Assembly (NCBI GenBank): GCA_964291495.2
Contig: OZ219871.1
Location: 64,001-128,000 of the forward strand
DNA: 64,000 nucleotides
Direction: 5' to 3'
Origin: Dehalococcoidia bacterium
GTDB lineage: Bacteria; Chloroflexota; Dehalococcoidia; UBA2979
Positions 58,253 to 64,000 of this stretch are shown piece after piece. Position 1 is the first letter of the stretch. Every line of letters starts with the position of its first letter. The position numbers were made by a program, and so were the translations under genes. Under the pieces are notes generated by a model. That model made no database searches, was not told the DNA's origin, and worked only from the letters and a program-made list of their open reading frames with translations.

Positions 58253-58529
58253 TGCGGTCGTACAGCGCGTCCCGTGGGAGGTTGTCGGCCGACCGCAGGC
58301 CGCCGCCACGCGCCCGGATGTCCCGGAGCACGTCGTGCATCAACCTGATCCCCCGCTCGTGCTCATCCTCCTCCGTGGACGCGCTCGCCCCGGACGCACC
58401 TGGTCTCTCGACAGCGAGGCTCTGCAGGAACTCGCGAACGAGTGCCGAGACCGAGGTGCTGAGCTCCGCCGCCCGGATGTGAGCGAGGCGATGGGTCTCC
58501 TCGTCGACCGATACGGTGATCTTTCTCAT
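58239..58529 (-). CDS. Ribbon-helix-helix antitoxin (VapB-like)
   Basis: MRKITVSVDEE....A...AAE..TSVSALVREFL; C-terminal PRDALYDR. Confidence 0.78.
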   Translation of the reverse strand: MRKITVSVDEETHRLAHIRAAELSTSVSALVREFLQSLAVERPGASGASASTEEDEHERGIRLMHDVLRDIRARGGGLRSADNLPRDALYDRNALR

Positions 58530-58531
58530 CG

Positions 58532-58553
58532 TCACAGTCTCACAGTTCCTGTG
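58532..58553. promoter_or_regulatory. Probable antitoxin operator
   Basis: TCACAGT direct repeat and CACAG-N3-CTGTG inverted repeat immediately upstream of the start. Confidence 0.5.
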
Positions 58554-58681
58554 CGACACGGTCTAGGCGGCCTTCCCGCCCGCAATGCCTCGCTCCACCG
58601 CGCTACCACCTGCCGCGAGCGTCGGCTATGCTTCGCCGCGAGCGCCGGATGCGGGAGACCGCGGCGGGACGAGGGGTTCGC

Positions 58682-59236
58682 GTGGCCTACGGACTGGGCA
58701 TCGCCAAGGGACTGCTCGTCACCTTCAAGCACATCTTCAGGCCCCCCATCACCGTCTCCTACCCGGAGGAGGAGCGCGACGTGCCCCTGCGCGCCCGCAC
58801 CAACCTGCTCTGGTTCGAGGAACGCTGCACCGGCTGCTCCACCTGCGCGCAGGCCTGTCCCGACGGCTGCATCCTCGTCGAGACCTCGCCGCGCGCCGAC
58901 GGCACCCTCAACATCGACCGCTACGAGATCGATTTCCGGATCTGCATGTACTGCGGGCTCTGCACCGAGGCCTGCCCCTACCAGGCGATCCAGGCCGGCG
59001 GGCGCTACGACGACGCCGTCTACGTCTTCGAGGACATGTACCGCGACCGCGACGCGCTCAGCCGCGAGGCGAGCGAGTACCTCGACCGCAGCGACGGCGT
59101 CTACCCCAACGGCCAGCAGCAGGAAGAGAACCCGCTGCGCACGGCGCTGCCGACCGCGCGCGGACGCTTCCCGGTCGCCGGCGAGGAGGGCCCGTTCGGC
59201 CCTCAGCACCTGCCCGGCAAGCTCGACCGCGACTAG
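58682..59236 (+). CDS. nuoI: NADH-quinone oxidoreductase subunit I-like
   Basis: TVSYPEE, CTGCSTC...CP, CMYCGLC...CP..AI. Confidence 0.9.
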   Translation: MAYGLGIAKGLLVTFKHIFRPPITVSYPEEERDVPLRARTNLLWFEERCTGCSTCAQACPDGCILVETSPRADGTLNIDRYEIDFRICMYCGLCTEACPYQAIQAGGRYDDAVYVFEDMYRDRDALSREASEYLDRSDGVYPNGQQQEENPLRTALPTARGRFPVAGEEGPFGPQHLPGKLDRD

Positions 59237-59266
59237 ACGCCCGCAGCGCGCACGGAGGAGCCGCCG

Positions 59267-61825
59267 GTGGTCACGATCACGCTCAACGGCGAGACGCTGG
59301 AGGTCGAGGCCGGACGGCCGCTCGTCGAGGTGATCAAGGAGCAGGGCGTTCGCATCACGAACCTCTGCTACATCGACGGCCTCGAACCCTACGCCGGCTG
59401 CCGCACCTGCATCGTCGAGATCGAGGGCGCGCGGCCGACCGAGCTGCAGCTCTCCTGCACCGCCGTGACCGCCGACGGCATGGCGGTCAACACCGAGACC
59501 TCCGATGTGAAGCGCGCGCGCCAGCAGGTGATGTCGCTGATCATGGCGAACCACCCCGACCGCTGCCTCACTTGCCACCGCCGCGTGCACTGCCAGCCGG
59601 GCGAGATCTGCCTGCGCGACGACGTCGTGACGCATCGCTGCCTGACCTGCAGCAAGAACTACCGCTGCGAGCTGCAGACCTCGACCGAGCTAATCGACAT
59701 GGGCGAGTACGAGGAGCCGTGGGTCGGCGAAGATCGTTCCTACTATGAGACGCCGCCGCCCGAGGTGGACCGCGCCAACCCGTTCCTCGAGTTCGACCCG
59801 CAGATGTGCATCATCTGCACGCGCTGCGTGCGCGCCTGCGCCGACCTGCGCCACACCGGCGCGATCAGCCTCTCCGGCAAGGGCTCGACCACGATGATCG
59901 CCTTCGGGACCGGCGGCGCCATCCACGAGTCCAACTGCGACTTCTGCGGCGCCTGCATCGATGTCTGTCCCACCGCGACGTTGATGGAGAAGCCGAACAA
60001 GTGGATGGCGCTCTCCGAGGAGTGGACCAACTCGGCCTGTAACTCCTGCGCCGTCGGCTGCACGATCTCCTACGGGCTGCGTGACGGGCGCCCGATGATC
60101 GTGCGGCCCGATCGCCTCAACCCCACCAGCCGCGACCAGATCTGCGTGCGCGGCCGCTTCCACTACGACGCCGTCGGCGACCGCGAGCGGCTGAGCCGCT
60201 CGCTCGTCCGCGAGGGCGACCTGCTGCTCCCGGCCACACCCGAGGATGCACTCGCCGAGGCCGCGCGGCTGCTCTCCGCCGTCAAGGAGCAACACGGCGC
60301 GGAGGCGATCGCCGTCCTCGGTTCGCCGCTCGCGACCAACGAAGAGGCGGCGCTGCTCGCGAAGCTCGCGGGTGAGGTCATCGGCACGCCGCATCTCGAC
60401 TTCTCGCACGGGCCGGTGCACCGCGCCGCCTCCGCCGCCTTCGAGCGCGGCCTCGGCTCGGCCGAGCTGCCCTCCAGCTACGACGACATCGAGCAGGCCG
60501 GGACGATCGTCGTGGTCGGCGGCGACATCGAGGAGTCGCACCAGGTCATCTCGCTGCGCGTCAAGGACGCAGTGGTGAAGCACGGCGCGAAGCTCGTGCT
60601 CGTCTCGCCGCGCTGGGGCGAGCTGGTCGACTTCGCCGCCGCCTGGCTGCAGCCGCAACCGGGCGCCGAGGCCGCAACGGTCCAGGCGCTGGCAGAGGCC
60701 GACGCCGCCGCGCCCGCGGGCGTGGACGCCGAGTCCCTCGAGGCCGCGCGGGCGCTGCTCGCGGAGCGGCCCGCGGACAGCGACGACGCCGCGCCCTCGT
60801 GCGCGGTCGTGTTCGCGCCGGGCGCGCTGAGCGCCGAGGCGGCCGGAGCGCAGGCCGCGGCCTGCACGAACCTCGCCGTCGCCACCCTCGGCGAGCGCGC
60901 GGCGCAGGGCCTGCACTACCTGCCGACCGACGCCAACGTGCTCGGCATCAGCGATATGGGCGTAACGCCCGGCGAGGGCGGACGCTCCTTCCCCGAGATC
61001 ATCGAGGGCGCGCGCGACGGCGAGATCCGCGCGCTGCTGATCCACGACGACAACCCGCTGCTCAACGCGCCCGGCACGGACGACATGCGTGCCGCCCTCG
61101 AGGCGGTCGAGGCGCTGGTCGTGATCGACTCGCTGCGCTCGACGACGGCGCAGCACGCGAACGTCGTGCTGGCCGAGCTGCCCTTCTTCGCCAAGGACGG
61201 CACGCTGACGACGGGCGACCGCCGCATCACCCGCCAGCGCCCCGCCGCGCAGCCGCGCCGCGACGAGCGCGACGGCGTCGCCATCCTCGTGGCGCTCGCC
61301 AACGCGCTCGGAGGCGACTTCGCCTACGAGAGCGCGGGCGAGGTCATGGCCGAGGCGGCCGCGAGCCTCGAGGGCTACGCGCCGCACGAGGCGGTTCGCT
61401 CCGGCCGCACGCGCGCGCTGTCCGCCTCTCCGGCCTCCGGCGCGAGCGCGCAGCCGCTGCCCGCGAGCGCCGACGGCGCGGCGGCGGACGGCGGCCTGCG
61501 GTTGATTGCCGACCGCTCGCTCTATACCTCGTGGGAGGGCGCCTCGCTGCGCTCCGAGGAGGCCGACAAGCTGCACCGCGAGGAGACGCTGCTGATCAAC
61601 CCCGCCGACGCCGAACCGCTCGGCATGCGCAGCGGGGACGAGCTGGTGCTCGCGAACGGCTCGCACGAGGTGCGCATCCCCGCGCAGCTCGACGACGGCG
61701 TCCCGCCCGGCGTCGTCTACGCCTCGCGCTACTTCGACGGCGGCGCGCTGATGGCGCTGTTCCCGCTGCGCGGCGCGGCGTCCGCCGCCGCCGAGGTCCG
61801 GGTGCGGGCGCTCCAGCCCGCCTGA
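59267..61825 (+). CDS. NuoG/FdhA-like multi-Fe-S oxidoreductase subunit
   Basis: 2Fe-2S (C..GCRTC..SC), HPDRC, CIICTRC, CDFCGAC, CNSCAVGC..C, C-terminal molybdopterin-dinucleotide-type fold. Confidence 0.88.
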   Translation: MVTITLNGETLEVEAGRPLVEVIKEQGVRITNLCYIDGLEPYAGCRTCIVEIEGARPTELQLSCTAVTADGMAVNTETSDVKRARQQVMSLIMANHPDRCLTCHRRVHCQPGEICLRDDVVTHRCLTCSKNYRCELQTSTELIDMGEYEEPWVGEDRSYYETPPPEVDRANPFLEFDPQMCIICTRCVRACADLRHTGAISLSGKGSTTMIAFGTGGAIHESNCDFCGACIDVCPTATLMEKPNKWMALSEEWTNSACNSCAVGCTISYGLRDGRPMIVRPDRLNPTSRDQICVRGRFHYDAVGDRERLSRSLVREGDLLLPATPEDALAEAARLLSAVKEQHGAEAIAVLGSPLATNEEAALLAKLAGEVIGTPHLDFSHGPVHRAASAAFERGLGSAELPSSYDDIEQAGTIVVVGGDIEESHQVISLRVKDAVVKHGAKLVLVSPRWGELVDFAAAWLQPQPGAEAATVQALAEADAAAPAGVDAESLEAARALLAERPADSDDAAPSCAVVFAPGALSAEAAGAQAAACTNLAVATLGERAAQGLHYLPTDANVLGISDMGVTPGEGGRSFPEIIEGARDGEIRALLIHDDNPLLNAPGTDDMRAALEAVEALVVIDSLRSTTAQHANVVLAELPFFAKDGTLTTGDRRITRQRPAAQPRRDERDGVAILVALANALGGDFAYESAGEVMAEAAASLEGYAPHEAVRSGRTRALSASPASGASAQPLPASADGAAADGGLRLIADRSLYTSWEGASLRSEEADKLHREETLLINPADAEPLGMRSGDELVLANGSHEVRIPAQLDDGVPPGVVYASRYFDGGALMALFPLRGAASAAAEVRVRALQPA

Positions 61826-61868
61826 GCCGACAGCCCTCGATGGCCCGGCCGGCACGGCCTGCCCGACA

Positions 61869-62267
61869 GTGACCTCAGCCTCGGACCCGGCGGAGCTGCC
61901 ACCCGGCCAGCGCGGACTCGTCCTGCTGACCGTCGAGGAGGACGCCGAGAGCGCGGGCGAGTACCACGAGCTCCTGCTCACCGAGGGCATCGACGCGGAA
62001 CTGCACATCGAGCACGCGGCGAGCTTCGGCTCGCGCTCCTCCGTCTACCCGTCTGGCGCGCCGTTCGTGTACGCGCTGTTCGTCCCCGCGCACGAGGCGC
62101 AGGCCGCCGCGGCGGCGCTGATCGAGGCCGGTTGGGACGGCCGGCGCAGCGCCTTCTCGCGGGGCCGCGGCCGCCTCGATCCCTCGTTCGTACTGCGCGG
62201 CGCGCTGCTCGCGCTGCTCGCCGGCGTGGCGCTGGCGGCCGCGCTGCTCGTGCTGCGGCCGGAGTAG
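61869..62267 (+). CDS. Hypothetical membrane-anchored protein (DUF2007-like)
   Basis: LL..EGI.A, LFVP..EA..A...L, C-terminal TM helix. Confidence 0.55.
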   Translation: MTSASDPAELPPGQRGLVLLTVEEDAESAGEYHELLLTEGIDAELHIEHAASFGSRSSVYPSGAPFVYALFVPAHEAQAAAAALIEAGWDGRRSAFSRGRGRLDPSFVLRGALLALLAGVALAAALLVLRPE

Positions 62268-62344
62268 CGAGACCGCCACCCGCGCCACTCCCCCCTTCGA
62301 ACACGCCTCGCCCGCCGCGTACACAGCGTGGCGAAGGGGCTCGC

Positions 62345-63013
62345 ATGGCCATCGATCTGACGGACCGCTACTTCGCGACGGAGTTCATGCGCGGCGGGAT
62401 GACGCGCTGGAAGCTCGACCGTGAGGCGTGGCCGGTGCGCGCGATCGTGCTGCACCACGCGGCCGGCTGGTACGGGCCGCCGCTCGGCCCCGAGGCCTCC
62501 CGCCGCGAGGAGGAGCAGCGCATCCACTCGCTGGCGCGCGACCACCACACGCGCTTCGGCGTCGGACCCGGCTACCACTACGTCGCCTTCCCAAGCGGGC
62601 GGCTCTACGCCGTCGGCAAGGCCGGCACGCACCGCGCGCACACGAAGGGCCGCAACCCGGAGTCCGGCGTGCGCTGGAACATCGACGCCATCGGCGTCTG
62701 CGCGCTCGGCGACTACGAAGGGGCGGGTCGGGACGAGCCTACGACGGGGCTGCGCGAGGCGATCGAAGAGGCCGTCGAAGAGATCCGGGGCTTCCGCTTC
62801 AGCGTGCCGCGCGCGCCGGTCTTCGGCCACGGCATGACGCCGTCGGCGAACGCCTCGGGTGACCCGCTGCCTCAGGCGACGTCCTGTCCCGGCCGGCGGC
62901 TGATCCCGCTGCTCGCGACGCTCAACCGCCCGGCGTCGCCGGACGTGAGCGCCGAACTGGCGGCGATCCGTGCAGCGGCCGGGGCGATCGAGCGCAAGCT
63001 GGCGGCCGCGTAG
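62345..63013 (+). CDS. N-acetylmuramoyl-L-alanine amidase (Amidase_2/PGRP-like)
   Basis: IVLHH, GYHY, AHTKG.N, IGVC..GDY, GH, TSCPG. Confidence 0.85.
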   Translation: MAIDLTDRYFATEFMRGGMTRWKLDREAWPVRAIVLHHAAGWYGPPLGPEASRREEEQRIHSLARDHHTRFGVGPGYHYVAFPSGRLYAVGKAGTHRAHTKGRNPESGVRWNIDAIGVCALGDYEGAGRDEPTTGLREAIEEAVEEIRGFRFSVPRAPVFGHGMTPSANASGDPLPQATSCPGRRLIPLLATLNRPASPDVSAELAAIRAAAGAIERKLAAA

Positions 63014-63030
63014 CGGCTCCTCCGAGGCGC

Positions 63031-64000
63031 CTACTCGCGCTGCATCATCGTCGAGTAGCCGCCGAACGGCACCGTGCTCGCGCGGGCGTGCTCGTCGGCG
63101 ACGACGTGCACGCAGGCAGGCTTGCCGCTGGCGAAGGCACGCTCGATGGCCGGGCGGATCTCCTCCGGCTTAGTGACCAGCTCGCCGTGCCCGCCCAGCG
63201 CCTCGACGACGTCGTGGTAGCGCTGAGACTGCCCGAGGCTGCGGCCCGGCGTGGTGTTCGGGCCGCCGGTCCAGCCGCCGTTGTTGTTGATCACGGCCAC
63301 GATCGGCAGGTCGTGCCGCACCATCGTGTCGAACTCCTGCACGTTCATCAGGAACGAGCCGTCGCCGATGAAGGCGACCACCTGGCGGCCCGGTGCCGCG
63401 GCCTTCGCGCCCATCGCGAAGGGGATGCCGGTGCCCATGCAGCCGTTCGGGCCGGAGTTCAGCCGGCCGCCCTCGGCGAACGCGGGAATCCACTGCCGGC
63501 CGAAGTTCAGCGTCTCCATGCCGTCGATGCAGATGATCGCGTCGCGCTCGACCGTGTTCACGATCTCGTTGGCGATGCGCAGCGGGTGGATCGGCGTCGC
63601 GTCGGACTCGGCCATCTCGAGCGTCCGCTGACGCCTCGAGTGGTCGCTCTCGCCGAGGCGCGCGATCCAGTCCTGCGAACCCTGCAGGCCAACCTCCTTC
63701 GCCTTGTCGGTGAGCGCCCGCAGCGAGAGCTTCGCGTCGGCGACGATGCCGAGCTCGATCGGCCGGTTGTGGCCGAGCTCCGTCGAGTCGGTGTCGATCT
63801 GGATCACCTTCACGTCCTCGGCAAAGCGAGGCGGGTGCCCGAACGAGATGATGAAGTTGAAGCGCGTCCCCACCACGAGGATGGCGTCCGCCTCGCGGAA
63901 GGCCTGCCCGCGCGAGGCGAGGAACGCCAGGTCATGGTCCTCGGGGACCACGCCGCGCCCGAGGGGCGTCGTGTAGAAGGGGATGCGCGCCGCGTCGATG
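63031..64000 (-). CDS. TPP-dependent enzyme, 2-hydroxyacyl-CoA lyase/oxalyl-CoA decarboxylase-like (5' end outside window)
   Basis: RLNSG..GCMG.G.PFA, GDGSF...NN TPP motif; frame open to window edge. Confidence 0.88.
   Translation of the reverse strand, partial: IDAARIPFYTTPLGRGVVPEDHDLAFLASRGQAFREADAILVVGTRFNFIISFGHPPRFAEDVKVIQIDTDSTELGHNRPIELGIVADAKLSLRALTDKAKEVGLQGSQDWIARLGESDHSRRQRTLEMAESDATPIHPLRIANEIVNTVERDAIICIDGMETLNFGRQWIPAFAEGGRLNSGPNGCMGTGIPFAMGAKAAAPGRQVVAFIGDGSFLMNVQEFDTMVRHDLPIVAVINNNGGWTGGPNTTPGRSLGQSQRYHDVVEALGGHGELVTKPEEIRPAIERAFASGKPACVHVVADEHARASTVPFGGYSTMMQRE

Noticed and set aside
59267-61825. Selenocysteine formate dehydrogenase
   Set aside because: No in-frame TGA and no Cys at the expected ligand position
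39203-63013. Prophage (thyX, dut, amidase)
   Set aside because: No structural, terminase or integrase genes; the context is housekeeping
82-63976. Many long Arg/Ala/Pro-rich ORFs (e.g. 8300-10537, 14966-17374, 23748-26414, 52772-55753)
   Set aside because: Shadow or antisense frames of real genes; stop codons are rare at this GC content and there are no recognisable motifs

Overview
Very GC-rich, gene-dense bacterial DNA. The gene content (F420/LLM enzymes, many family-III CoA-transferases, thyX, split nuoI/nuoG-like genes) suggests a heterotrophic Chloroflexota (Dehalococcoidia-like) genome; this taxonomy is inference only. Positions 1-39 kb are a catabolic region of repeated paralogous modules: 4 non-canonical thiolase/Ltp2-like + DUF35 pairs, 7 family-III CoA-transferase genes, 3 amidohydrolases, 2 double-hotdog hydratases, a heteromeric acyl-CoA dehydrogenase pair, SDRs, a crotonase and tRNA-Gly(TCC). 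Positions 39-64 kb are mostly housekeeping (thyX, nfo, dut, aquaporin, plsY, MidA, iscU, mocA-like, nuoI, nuoG-like). Best leads: (1) a triplicated CoA-transferase pair with one Asp-bearing and one Asp-less subunit, once fused, linked to Gln-substituted thiolase-fold proteins; (2) tandem surface TIMP-like (Cys-Ser-Cys) proteins; (3) a four-hairpin candidate ncRNA upstream of a lower-GC orphan nuclease-like gene; (4) a modular hairpin/G-quadruplex intergenic repeat family plus a candidate MITE; (5) a vapBC locus whose toxin is reduced to 15 codons. Start codons were refined by eye and family calls come from motif recognition, not database searches.
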